Part shown: one piece after another, positions 1 to 8,781 of the stretch | How the letters are laid out: the number at the start of each line of letters is the position of its first letter | Numbering within the stretch: the stretch's first letter is position 1 | Assembly (NCBI GenBank): GCA_046597055.1 | Contig: JBKJLC010000297.1 | Span: forward strand, 39,743 to 103,742 | DNA from: Kofleriaceae bacterium | Lineage (GTDB): Bacteria > Myxococcota_A > Polyangia > Haliangiales > Haliangiaceae | Direction: 5' to 3' | Length of the DNA: 64,000 bases | The notes under the pieces: generated by a model | Databases searched by the model: none | What the model was told of the DNA's origin: nothing | What the model saw: only the letters and a program-made list of their open reading frames with translations | Translations under genes and position numbers: made by a program

Positions 1-1329
1 GGGGCGAGCCTCGACGACGCCGCGATCGCCCGGCTGCGCGCCGAGGGCCCGCCCGCGCTGGCCCGCCTGCTGGCCGAATCCGACCGGCTGGCCGGGGAGC
101 CGGCGCGCCAGGCCCTGGCCGCGACCATCGATCGGGTCGCCGGCCAGCGCTACGCGACCGAGTCGCGGCTGTACTGGTACACCGACCTCGAGGCGGCCAA
201 GGCGGTGGCGCGCGCGACCGGCAAGCCGATCCTGTCGCTCCGCATGCTGGGTCGGCTCGACCAGGACCTGTCGTGCGCCAACAGCCGGTTGTTCCGGACC
301 ACGCTGTACCCGGACGCGGCGGTGAGCCAGCTCCTGCGCGCGCAGTTCGTCTTGCACTGGTCGAGTGAGCGGCTGGTGCCCAAGGTGACGATCGACTTCG
401 GCGACGGCCGCCGCATCGAGTCGACCGTGACCGGCAACAGCGCGCACTACGTGCTCGATGCCGACGGCGCGCCGCTCGAGGTCCTGCCCGGGCTGTACGC
501 GGCGCCGGTGTTCGTCCGCGAGCTCGCGGCGGCGCGCGTCCTGCACGCCTCGCTGCGCGGCAAGGACGCGACCACGCGGACCCGCGTGCTGTTGGCGCAT
601 CATCGCGCAGCGGTCAATCGGCTCGAGGGGCAGTGGGACCAGCTCGGCAAGGTGCCGGTGATCGAGGGTGGGCGCAGGCTGCTGACGCCAGCGGGCGTTG
701 CCGACGTGCTCGCGCTCGCCCAGCGCGCCACCTTTTCGAAGGCGTACATCGAGGTTCCGCTGCTGAAGACGGTCGACGTCGGCGCCGATCCGGGCGCGCT
801 GCCTCGCGACGTGGCGCTGTGGGCGGAGATCGGCCAGCGCCTGCTCGGGGTCGGCGATCCTCCGGCGATGCCGCCCGGCGGCTTCGACCTGACGGGTTTG
901 GGGCTGGCGGCGAACCAGGTCGCCCCCGGTGCCACCGCGCGCGTCCCGACGCGGAGCCGGCGCCGTCCGATCCTCGACCGGTCGGCGCGGACGCTGGTGG
1001 AGCGCCTGATGGTCACCCCGGCTCCCGACGATCTCCTGAGCGACGAGGCCGCCGCGCGAGCGCTGGTGATCGCGCGGCTCGAGCAGACGATCCTCGCCGA
1101 CACCGCGCTCAACGAGGTCCGCCTGCGGCCGCTGATCCGCCAGCACCTGATCAACCAGCTCGAGACCTACGGCACGCTCGGCTTCGACGACGTCAACCGC
1201 TGGATCTACGACGTGGTGTTTCACACCCCGCGCGAGGACGCGTGGCTCGGGCTGGTGTCGAGCGACACCTTCACCGGCCTGCCCGCGGGTGGGATCGTGG
1301 CCGCGCAGAACGGACGGACACGCCTGTAG
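1..1329 (+). CDS. 5'-partial thioredoxin-fold protein with SelN-like motif
   Basis: Frame open from base 1 (GASLDDAAIARLRAEG...). Contains LYWYTDLEAAKAVARATGKPILSLRMLGRLDQDLSCANSRLFR, a Trx-like beta-alpha start with a single Cys. TAG stop at 1327-1329, 12 bp before the next gene. Confidence 0.7.
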   Translation, partial: GASLDDAAIARLRAEGPPALARLLAESDRLAGEPARQALAATIDRVAGQRYATESRLYWYTDLEAAKAVARATGKPILSLRMLGRLDQDLSCANSRLFRTTLYPDAAVSQLLRAQFVLHWSSERLVPKVTIDFGDGRRIESTVTGNSAHYVLDADGAPLEVLPGLYAAPVFVRELAAARVLHASLRGKDATTRTRVLLAHHRAAVNRLEGQWDQLGKVPVIEGGRRLLTPAGVADVLALAQRATFSKAYIEVPLLKTVDVGADPGALPRDVALWAEIGQRLLGVGDPPAMPPGGFDLTGLGLAANQVAPGATARVPTRSRRRPILDRSARTLVERLMVTPAPDDLLSDEAAARALVIARLEQTILADTALNEVRLRPLIRQHLINQLETYGTLGFDDVNRWIYDVVFHTPREDAWLGLVSSDTFTGLPAGGIVAAQNGRTRL

Positions 1330-1341
1330 TAGCCTGACGGC

Positions 1342-4332
1342 GTGAAGGTCATCGACCGGGCCCGCCTGGGCTTACGCGAGGGCGCCTCGGACAAGCTGTA
1401 CGAGGCCGACCTGGTCGAGGTGATCGCTGGGCAGTTCGTGGTGAACTTCCGGTTCGGGCGGCGCGGCGCCGCGCTCCGCGACGGCACCAAGACCGCTGTG
1501 CCAGTGCCTGAAGGCCGGGCCCGCGCGATCTTCGCCGCGCTGGTCGCCGAGAAGTCGGCCAAGGGCTACCAGCCGGTGGGCGTCGCCACCACCGCAACGC
1601 CGAGTCCGGCCGCGGCGCCCGCGAACCCCGGCAGCACCCACCAGGCGCTGCTGCACCGGCTGTGGCAGGGTCACCGCGGCGCCGGGCCGTTGCTGCCGGT
1701 GATCCGCCGGGTCGGCGAGCTCGGCGTGCGCGACGCCGAGCCGATCTTGCTCGAGCTGCTCGCCGCCAGCCGCACCAACGCCGAGGCGCCCGACGTGATC
1801 TGGCGCTACACGATCGTCGCCGCCCTGGCGCGGTGCGGATCGAGCGCGGCGGTGCCGGCGCTCGAGCGCCTGCCCGGCGATGGCGCCCAGCCCGATCACG
1901 TGCGCGACCTCGCGCGGCTCGCGCTCGCGATGATCTGGGGCGAGGCCGGCCGCGACCGCACCCGCGCGATGGCGCGCGCGCTGGTGCCACCGACGATCGC
2001 CGGCGATCCGTACCGGGCCGGGCCGACCAGCGCGACCGCCGGGGTCGAGGACCTGCTCGCGCGGGGGCGCACCGCCCAGGCCCGCGACGCGATCATCGGG
2101 CTCTACCTGCTCGACGACAGCGCCGCGCGCGCGGCGGTGCTGTCGGCGGCGCGCGGGCTGCGGCTGGCCGGCGGCGAGTGGCCGATCGTGCGCATGCTGA
2201 TCCGCGGCGCCGAGCTGCGCCGCGACGGCGAGCTGTCGGCCCTGCTCGCGCGACGGATCGAGGATCACCGGGGCGCCACGCCGTGCGGGCCGCGCACGCG
2301 GGCGTACTTTCGACGCCGGATCGCGCGGGTGCTGCGCCGGCTCGGCCAGCAAGGCTCGCCCGACTTCGTGGCGATGGCGGTGCCGCTCCTGCTCGGGTAC
2401 CGCGACGACGATGCCGGCGAGGTCATCACCGGCGCGTACGGCGCGACCTACGACCGGTTCGCGCGTTTTCACGCGCTCAACATGCTGCTGTACGCGCGGT
2501 CGTCGCGCTACCAGCCCGGCCACCACGGCGCCGCGACCTGGCGGTGCGCCCCGTCCTACCGGCCCGGCGGCCCGCCGCCGCGCGACCGCGAGGAGGCGTT
2601 CGGGCCGCTGTGGGACGCCGCGCCCGAGGCGCTGTGGCACCTGGTCCGCGCCGCTCGCGCCGAGCCGGTGGTGTACTTCGCGACCCGCGCGCTGCGCGAC
2701 CAGCGCGGGTTCGTCGCCGCGCTCACCGATGGCGCGCTGGCCGCGGTGCTCGCCGACGGCCACCCGCTGGCCCAGCGGTTCGCGTTCGAGGCGGTGCGCG
2801 AGCGTCCGCTCACGGCCGAGCTGGCCCGCGCCGCGCTGGCCAGCTCGGTGGACGACGCCCACGACTGGGTGCTGGCCTGGGTCGAGCGCCACCCGGACCT
2901 GGCGATCGCCGACCCCGCGCTGGTCGCCCTCCTGATCACCGGCCCGTCGACGCGGGTGCGCGACGGCGGAGTGGCGTTGGTCCGCGGGCGCGGGCTCACC
3001 GACGAGGTCGCGCGCAGCGCCGCGACCCGGGCCCTGGCGATCCTGCTCGGGCTGTCCGACACCCCCGAGGCCGCGGCGCGCGCCGCCGGCGCGGTCGCCG
3101 TGCTGCTGCGCGTGCTGGGCGCGCCGCTGCGCCGGCTGGGCGCTGACGTGCTGCGCGATCTGATCGAACATCCGCTGGCCGCGCTCGGCGAGCTCGCCGG
3201 CGAGCTCATCCTCGCGCACGAGCAGGCGGCGGGGCTCCCGACCGACCTCGCCACCCACCTGCTGGCCTCGCCGCACCCGTCGGTGCGCGCGCTCGGCGCC
3301 CGGGTGCTGGCCCAGACCCCGCCCGAGGTCGCCAAGGGCGATCCCGACGCCCTGGTGACCTTCGCGCTGTCCGGAAACGCCGAGCTGCGCGCCGGCACCC
3401 GCGCGCTGATCGGCGAGGTCGCCCGCCGCTGGCCCGAGGTCGGCCGCGCGATCGCCGACCTCCTGATCGACGCCCTCTTGACCGCCCAGCCCGCGGGCGC
3501 GCCGGCCCACGTGATCGCGCTGCTCCGCCACGAGCTCGCCGGGTGCCTGCCCGCGCGCGACGCGACCACCATCCTGCGCCTGTGCGGCGCGCTGTCGCCG
3601 CACGCGCGCGACGCGGGCGGCCTGCTCCTGCCCCAGCTCGGACCCGACGAGCTCGGCCTCGACGATCTGGTGCGACTCGCCAGCCACGAGTCGGTGCTGG
3701 TGCGGCAGGGCGCGTGGGCGCTGGCGGAGCAGGCCACGCCGCGGTGGAAGCTGGCCCCGGTCGCGCTGGCGCGCCTGTGCGACGCCAGCTGGGACGACAG
3801 CCGCGCCTTCGCGTTCGGCTTCGTGCGGCGCAGCTTCGACGCCGACGATCTCGCCCCCGACGCGATCATCGCGATGTGCGACAGCGTCCGACCCGCGGTC
3901 CAGGATTTCGGCAAGTCGCTGCTGCAAGAACACTTCCGCGGCGCGCACGCGGCGACCTACCTGATCCGCCTCGGCGAGCACCCGGCGCCGGGCGTGCAGC
4001 TGCTGGTGTCGACCTTGCTCGACGCCGCGCGCGGCGATCTGGCCCGCCTGCAGGCCCTGCTGCCGTACCTCTACACCGTGCTCGGCCAGGTCAACCGCGG
4101 CGGCGTGGCCAAGCAGCGCGTGCTCGCGTTCGTGCGCGCCGAGGCGACCGCGAGCGCGGCGTCGGCCCGGCTGCTGGCCCCGCTGCTCGATCACCAGTCG
4201 GCGACGATCGCGATCACCCAGAAGGCGCCGCTGATCGCGACCATGGTCGCGGTTCACGACGCGTATCCCGACGTCCCGCTGCCGATCGCGATCACGCCCG
4301 CGCGTCCGCACCGACCGGGCGGCCCGACGTGA
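1342..4332 (+). CDS. WGR-domain + HEAT/ARM-repeat protein (putative retron-associated)
   Basis: N-terminal WGR-like domain (LREGASDKLY...VVNFRFGRRG...EKSAKGY), then about 900 aa of Ala/Leu-rich helical repeats. Confidence 0.85.
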   Translation: MKVIDRARLGLREGASDKLYEADLVEVIAGQFVVNFRFGRRGAALRDGTKTAVPVPEGRARAIFAALVAEKSAKGYQPVGVATTATPSPAAAPANPGSTHQALLHRLWQGHRGAGPLLPVIRRVGELGVRDAEPILLELLAASRTNAEAPDVIWRYTIVAALARCGSSAAVPALERLPGDGAQPDHVRDLARLALAMIWGEAGRDRTRAMARALVPPTIAGDPYRAGPTSATAGVEDLLARGRTAQARDAIIGLYLLDDSAARAAVLSAARGLRLAGGEWPIVRMLIRGAELRRDGELSALLARRIEDHRGATPCGPRTRAYFRRRIARVLRRLGQQGSPDFVAMAVPLLLGYRDDDAGEVITGAYGATYDRFARFHALNMLLYARSSRYQPGHHGAATWRCAPSYRPGGPPPRDREEAFGPLWDAAPEALWHLVRAARAEPVVYFATRALRDQRGFVAALTDGALAAVLADGHPLAQRFAFEAVRERPLTAELARAALASSVDDAHDWVLAWVERHPDLAIADPALVALLITGPSTRVRDGGVALVRGRGLTDEVARSAATRALAILLGLSDTPEAAARAAGAVAVLLRVLGAPLRRLGADVLRDLIEHPLAALGELAGELILAHEQAAGLPTDLATHLLASPHPSVRALGARVLAQTPPEVAKGDPDALVTFALSGNAELRAGTRALIGEVARRWPEVGRAIADLLIDALLTAQPAGAPAHVIALLRHELAGCLPARDATTILRLCGALSPHARDAGGLLLPQLGPDELGLDDLVRLASHESVLVRQGAWALAEQATPRWKLAPVALARLCDASWDDSRAFAFGFVRRSFDADDLAPDAIIAMCDSVRPAVQDFGKSLLQEHFRGAHAATYLIRLGEHPAPGVQLLVSTLLDAARGDLARLQALLPYLYTVLGQVNRGGVAKQRVLAFVRAEATASAASARLLAPLLDHQSATIAITQKAPLIATMVAVHDAYPDVPLPIAITPARPHRPGGPT

Positions 4333-6395
4333 TCTTCCAGCACCGCTACGCCGGGACCTCGACGGTGCGCCAGGCCGACGACGCGACCGCGATGTCGTTC
4401 GCACCCGACCTCCTGCGTGCGCCGACCTACTTCCGCGGCCGGGTCACCCGCGCGCTCGAGTTTCGCGAGGCGATGAGCGCGCTGCACGACGTGGTGGTGG
4501 CCGACCTGCGCTTCGTGCCCAGGGACCGCACGTCGTACCTGGCGTGGCGCGAGCGCCAGGCTCACGTCGCGCCCGGCGCCGCGGCCGCGCAGCAGGCCGA
4601 GGTCGCGGCCGAGATGGCCCGGCTCGGCGCCGAGTTGACCGAGCTCGATCGCAAGCGCGCGGACCGCCACCGCGCCTTCCACGGCGCGCGCCAGCGCTAC
4701 TTCGACTACCTCTACCAGCGCGACCGCGACCTGTGGTTCAAGCTCGATCCGATCATCACGGTCCACCCCGACCAGGTGTTCTTCGAGTGCTTCTCGCGCG
4801 ACGAGTCGAGCTACGGCCGGCTGGCCGCCTCGTACGACGTCTTCGACCAGCTCGGCGAGCGGGCCAACGGCACCACCAACATCGACTACTCGCAGGGCCT
4901 GTACGACGAGTTCCAGAAGGTCCGCAGCTACAAGACGACCACGCTCGACATCGATCCGTCGGGCTTCGGCGTGGAGACCGCGCTGGAAGAGCGCTTCCGC
5001 GAGGTGAAGATCGACGTGCCCGACAGCTGGGTGCGCGGGCTGCTCCAGGTGTCGAGCGCGATGACGCTGCCGACCCACGTCGTCGATCTGCACCCGATGG
5101 ACGTCCACAACCTTTGCTTCGTGCTGCGCCGCAACCAGGAGCGGTTCGGGCCCCGCTCGCTGCGCTGGCAGCTCACGCCGGGCGCGCCGGCGACGGTCGT
5201 GGTCGAGCCGTGGGGCATCGAGCTCCGCTGCCCGCGCTCGATCTACCGGGGCGATCAGCCGGCCGAGATCCGCATGTGGGGCCGGCGCCGGCTCCACGTG
5301 CTCGAGCGGCTGCTGCCGCGCGCCCGCCGGGTCCGGCTGCACCTGCTCGGCACCGGCCAGCCCACGTTCTGGGTGGTCGATCTCGGCGCGCTGACGTTCA
5401 CGCTCGGCCTGTCGGGCTGGACCCGCAACGACTGGGCCCAGGCCAGCAACTTCGACTTGATGGCGGCGCGCGAGGACGTCGACCTCGACACCCAGGAGCG
5501 CGTGTTTGCTGCGCTCGGCAAGCACTGGCGCGCGAGCCCCGACACGCTGGCGAGCGAGCTGAACCTGAGCCGACCGATCGTCGCGTCGGCGCTGGCCGGC
5601 TGGGTCCAGTGCGGCCGCGCGGTCTACGACCTCGATCAGGGCGTCTATCGCAAGCGCGAGCTGACCGGCGCGCCGCTGCCGGTCGAGCGGCTGCGCTACG
5701 CCAGCGCCCGCGAGGCCGCCGCCGGCCAGCTGGTCCAGCAGGCCAAGATCGCGGTCGACGACGCCAGCACGGCCGATGGCGGCCTGCGCCTGGTCGGTCG
5801 GCTGATGCACCGCGACCGGCTGTTCACCACCGAGCTCGTGCTCGACGTCGACCGGCGGCTGGTCGCCGGCGAGTGCAGCTGCGACCACTTCGTCCGCAAC
5901 CGGCTGCTCCGCGGCCCGTGCGAGCACATGCTGGCCCTGCGCGCGGCCCACCGCCGCGGCGTGTCCGATCTGATCGACCTCGGCGACTACCAGGCGACGT
6001 GCCGCCAGGCGGTGGCGCACGCGACCACGCTGCGCGCCGGCGACCCCGCCGCCGCGGTGCGCGCGCTCACCCGCGCCGCGAAGCTGGTGCCAGCCGGCTC
6101 GCCCGAGTGGGCGCGCCTCCAGGAGGTGCTGGCCGAGACCCACCTCGCCGCCGGCGACCGGGCCACGGCACTGGCAGCCGCCGAGCGCGCGCTGCGCGTG
6201 GCGCCGACCAGCCCGCTCGCGTTGCGCATCCAGCGCGCGCTGCAGGTCGATCCGGCGGCCAGCGCGCCACCCGCCGCCCCTGCCGCGGACGAGCCGGTGG
6301 CCGCGCCGGAGCCGCCGAAGAAGCCCGGCTTCTGGCGCCGCCTGGTCGGGCGGTTCGGCAGCAAGAAACCCCCGCCCACCGACGAGTCGGCATGA
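4329..6395 (+). CDS. SWIM zinc-finger protein with C-terminal TPR-like extension (putative retron-associated)
   Basis: GTG start overlaps the WGR-gene stop (GTGA 4329-4332). Motifs LDPIITVHPD..FFECFSRDESSYG and PDSWVRG; SWIM motif CSC-x12-CEH. Confidence 0.85.
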   Translation: MIFQHRYAGTSTVRQADDATAMSFAPDLLRAPTYFRGRVTRALEFREAMSALHDVVVADLRFVPRDRTSYLAWRERQAHVAPGAAAAQQAEVAAEMARLGAELTELDRKRADRHRAFHGARQRYFDYLYQRDRDLWFKLDPIITVHPDQVFFECFSRDESSYGRLAASYDVFDQLGERANGTTNIDYSQGLYDEFQKVRSYKTTTLDIDPSGFGVETALEERFREVKIDVPDSWVRGLLQVSSAMTLPTHVVDLHPMDVHNLCFVLRRNQERFGPRSLRWQLTPGAPATVVVEPWGIELRCPRSIYRGDQPAEIRMWGRRRLHVLERLLPRARRVRLHLLGTGQPTFWVVDLGALTFTLGLSGWTRNDWAQASNFDLMAAREDVDLDTQERVFAALGKHWRASPDTLASELNLSRPIVASALAGWVQCGRAVYDLDQGVYRKRELTGAPLPVERLRYASAREAAAGQLVQQAKIAVDDASTADGGLRLVGRLMHRDRLFTTELVLDVDRRLVAGECSCDHFVRNRLLRGPCEHMLALRAAHRRGVSDLIDLGDYQATCRQAVAHATTLRAGDPAAAVRALTRAAKLVPAGSPEWARLQEVLAETHLAAGDRATALAAAERALRVAPTSPLALRIQRALQVDPAASAPPAAPAADEPVAAPEPPKKPGFWRRLVGRFGSKKPPPTDESA

Positions 6396-6874
6396 CGCCG
6401 CACCTGCGCGGCGCGGTGATCGCCCTCGTGCTGCTCGGCGCCGGGTGTCGCGACCGAGAGGTCACCCCGGCGGGGGCCGGCAAGGTCGAGCTGATCGAGG
6501 CGCCGGCCGCGATCGCGCTCGCGCCGGTGGTCGCCGGCGAGGTAGTCCGCGCCCGCGCCGACGGCAAGCAGCTGATCGTCTACGTCGGCGCCGCGTGGTG
6601 CGAGCCCTGCAAGTACTTCCACGACGCGGTGACGCGTGGCGAGCTCGACGCCGGGTTCCCGACCCTGCGGCTGCTCGCGTTCGACGCCGACCGCGATCAG
6701 GACGCGCTGCAGGCGGCGGGCTACGACGCGTCGATGATTCCGCTGTTCGCGGTCCCGGCTGCCGACGGCACCCCCAGCGCGCAGCGGATGCAGGGCTCGA
6801 TCAAGGGCCCCGGCGCGGTCGCCGAGATCACGCCGCGGCTGCGCGCGCTGCTCGCGGCCGCCGCCGCCCGCTGA
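6392..6874 (+). CDS. thioredoxin-family lipoprotein
   Basis: ATGA overlap with the SWIM-gene stop; signal peptide with lipobox LGAGC; active site WCEPC. Confidence 0.8.
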   Translation: MTPHLRGAVIALVLLGAGCRDREVTPAGAGKVELIEAPAAIALAPVVAGEVVRARADGKQLIVYVGAAWCEPCKYFHDAVTRGELDAGFPTLRLLAFDADRDQDALQAAGYDASMIPLFAVPAADGTPSAQRMQGSIKGPGAVAEITPRLRALLAAAAAR

Positions 6875-6888
6875 CCGGCGGCGAGGCC

Positions 6889-6918
6889 TTGCGCCGGCCC
6901 GGCGCGCTGGCTGATAGT
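6889..6918 (+). promoter_or_regulatory. candidate sigma70 promoter of retron ncRNA
   Basis: TTGCGC (6889-6894), 18-nt spacer, GATAGT (6913-6918). The predicted start site near 6924 coincides with the first base of the upstream inverted repeat. Confidence 0.45.
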
Positions 6919-6923
6919 CGCGC

Positions 6924-7155
6924 CGCGTGGTGGGTGTGCCTCGTGACCTTGCAACCCGGGCGGCGTTTCGCCGCTCTTGCGATCACGCCATGCATGCCTC
7001 ACTGGCTCGCTCAATACTGTGTGAAATCAGTGCCGTCGCACAGGTTCCGGCTGGGATCCCCTGCGGGAATCGAACGCAGCGCGACGGCACCGATTTCACT
7101 CGAGCCGAGACGATCCAGTCCCAGGAGTGAACGAAGGTAGGCGGCCCACCACGCG
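6924..7155 (+). ncRNA. retron msr-msd non-coding RNA
   Basis: Terminal inverted repeat CGCGTGGTGGG (6924-6934)/CCCACCACGCG (7145-7155); msr-like hairpin 6942-6987; msd-like 19-bp stem 7021-7039/7081-7099 (18/19 paired). Ends 24 bp upstream of a retron RT. Confidence 0.85.
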
Positions 7156-7179
7156 CCTTTTTCCGCTGACCTCATCCTC

Positions 7180-8586
7180 GTGCCCGACGACGCCCCCCCG
7201 CGCAATCGCAAGGAGCTGTACGAGCGCATCGCGCGCGGCGGCAAGGACGAGGTGATCGTCGAGGAGATGATCCGGCTCGGCTTCTGGCCGGCGGCCGGCG
7301 CCCTGCCTGACGATCCGGCCGACGAGCTGCGCCGACGCAGCGAGCTGGTCGGTCGGCTCGTCACGCTGCGCGACCAGGCCGGCCGGCTGCGCAATGCCGC
7401 GCAGCTCGAGCAGGACGCACGCGCCCAGCGGCTCGCCGACGCGCGGCGCAAGCGCGAGGAGACCAAGCAGCGCCGGCTCGCGATCCGCGCGGCCCGTCAG
7501 GTCGCGTGGCGCGAGCGCAAGACCCGCGAGATCGGCTACCTCGGCGCCGGCGTCTCGGCCGGGCTGGGCCCCGCGCGGCCGGGCACACCGGTGGCAACCC
7601 CGGGCCCCGAGCTCCCGGTCCTGCATACCGCCGCTGATCTCGCGGCGGCGATGCAGATCACCGTGGGCCAGCTCCGGTTCCTGGCGTTCGCCCGCGAGGT
7701 TTCGACCACCACCCACTACCGCCGCTTCACGATCCCCAAGCGCACCGGCGGCGAGCGCCTGATCTCGGCGCCCCGCGCGCGGCTGAAGGACGCGCAGCGC
7801 TGGATCCTCGCCAACGTACTCGAGCGGGTGGCGCTGGCCGAGCCGGCCCACGGCTTCGTCCGCGGCCGCTCGATCGTGACCAACGCGGTGCCCCACGTCG
7901 GCGCCGCGGTGGTCGTCAACGTCGACCTCAAGGACTTCTTCCCGACCGTCACCTACCGCCGGGTCAAGGGCCTGTTCCGCCGGCTCGGCTACGGCGAAGA
8001 GATCGCCACCCTGCTCGGCCTCCTGTGCACCGAGCCCGACGTGACCGAGACCGTGCTCGACGGCATCACCTACTACGTCGCGCGCTCGGCCCGGCACCTG
8101 CCGCAGGGCGCGCCGACCAGCCCGGCGATCACCAACGTCATGTGCCGGCGCCTCGATCGGCGCCTCGCCGGCTGCGCCGCCAAACATGGCTTCACGTACA
8201 CCCGCTACGCCGACGACCTGACGCTGTCGAGCAAGGACGCCGCGGCCCCGGTCGGTGCCGTGCTCGCGATCATCCACAAGGTCGCGGTCGGCGAGGGCTG
8301 GACCGTGCATCCCGACAAGGTCCGCGTGCTGCGCAAGGGCCGCCGCCAGGAGGTCACCGGCGTGATCGTCAACGAGCGCCCCGGCATCGCGCGCACCACC
8401 CTGCGCCGGTTTCGCGCGCTGCTCCACCAGATCGAGCGCGACGGCCCCGCCGGCAAGCGCTGGGGCGCCGCCGGCGACGTGTTCGTGTCGGCGCTCGGCT
8501 TCGCCAGCTACGTGGCGATGGTCGATCCGGCCCGCGGCGCCGCCCTGCGCGCCCAGGTCCTCGCCCTGCGCGCGCGCCACCGCTGA
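7180..8586 (+). CDS. retron reverse transcriptase (myxobacterial Mx162-like, long N-terminal extension)
   Basis: Region X NAVPH, DLKDFFP, LPQGAPTSP, YTRYADD, region Y RQEVTG. No maturase or endonuclease domain. Confidence 0.93.
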   Translation: MPDDAPPRNRKELYERIARGGKDEVIVEEMIRLGFWPAAGALPDDPADELRRRSELVGRLVTLRDQAGRLRNAAQLEQDARAQRLADARRKREETKQRRLAIRAARQVAWRERKTREIGYLGAGVSAGLGPARPGTPVATPGPELPVLHTAADLAAAMQITVGQLRFLAFAREVSTTTHYRRFTIPKRTGGERLISAPRARLKDAQRWILANVLERVALAEPAHGFVRGRSIVTNAVPHVGAAVVVNVDLKDFFPTVTYRRVKGLFRRLGYGEEIATLLGLLCTEPDVTETVLDGITYYVARSARHLPQGAPTSPAITNVMCRRLDRRLAGCAAKHGFTYTRYADDLTLSSKDAAAPVGAVLAIIHKVAVGEGWTVHPDKVRVLRKGRRQEVTGVIVNERPGIARTTLRRFRALLHQIERDGPAGKRWGAAGDVFVSALGFASYVAMVDPARGAALRAQVLALRARHR

Positions 8587-8589
8587 GCT

Positions 8590-8657
8590 GAGCGAAGCGA
8601 GCCGGCTCCGCTCCGTACCGATCGGGCCCGGGCTCCGGCCCGCGGCCGACCGATCGA
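8590..8657. repeat. dispersed REP-like palindromic repeat, family A copy 1
   Basis: Near-identical to 24912-24980; just after the RT stop codon. Confidence 0.75.
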
Positions 8658-8781
8658 GCTACGCCCACCCGATGGCCGGGCCATCGGCGCCATCCCATGC
8701 TCGCCCGGGTGCGCCGCCGGCGCTGGACCGTGGTCCGAGGCCACCGGCGGCGGTGAGCACCCGCGATGCTACGCTTCCGGC

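Noticed and set aside
1..1329. Selenoprotein (UGA recoding) in the SelN-like gene
   Set aside because: The motif is encoded as TCG TGC GCC (Ser-Cys-Ala), with no in-frame TGA.
3543..4328. Upstream extension of the SWIM ORF to 950 aa
   Set aside because: It overlaps the WGR gene and reads as shadow sequence; the GTGA overlap at 4329 is the likely start.
1372..4404. Long antisense and off-frame ORFs (also 21423-24908 5' part, 28783-32229, 46860-49721 and many others)
   Set aside because: Arg/Gly/Pro-rich shadow frames expected at this GC content; they overlap well-supported genes.
7180..8586. RT as group II intron, DGR, CRISPR-associated or Abi/DRT-type enzyme
   Set aside because: It has retron-specific NAxxH and VTG motifs and an upstream inverted-repeat-bounded RNA. 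No maturase/HNH domain, TR/VR repeat pair or cas genes were seen.
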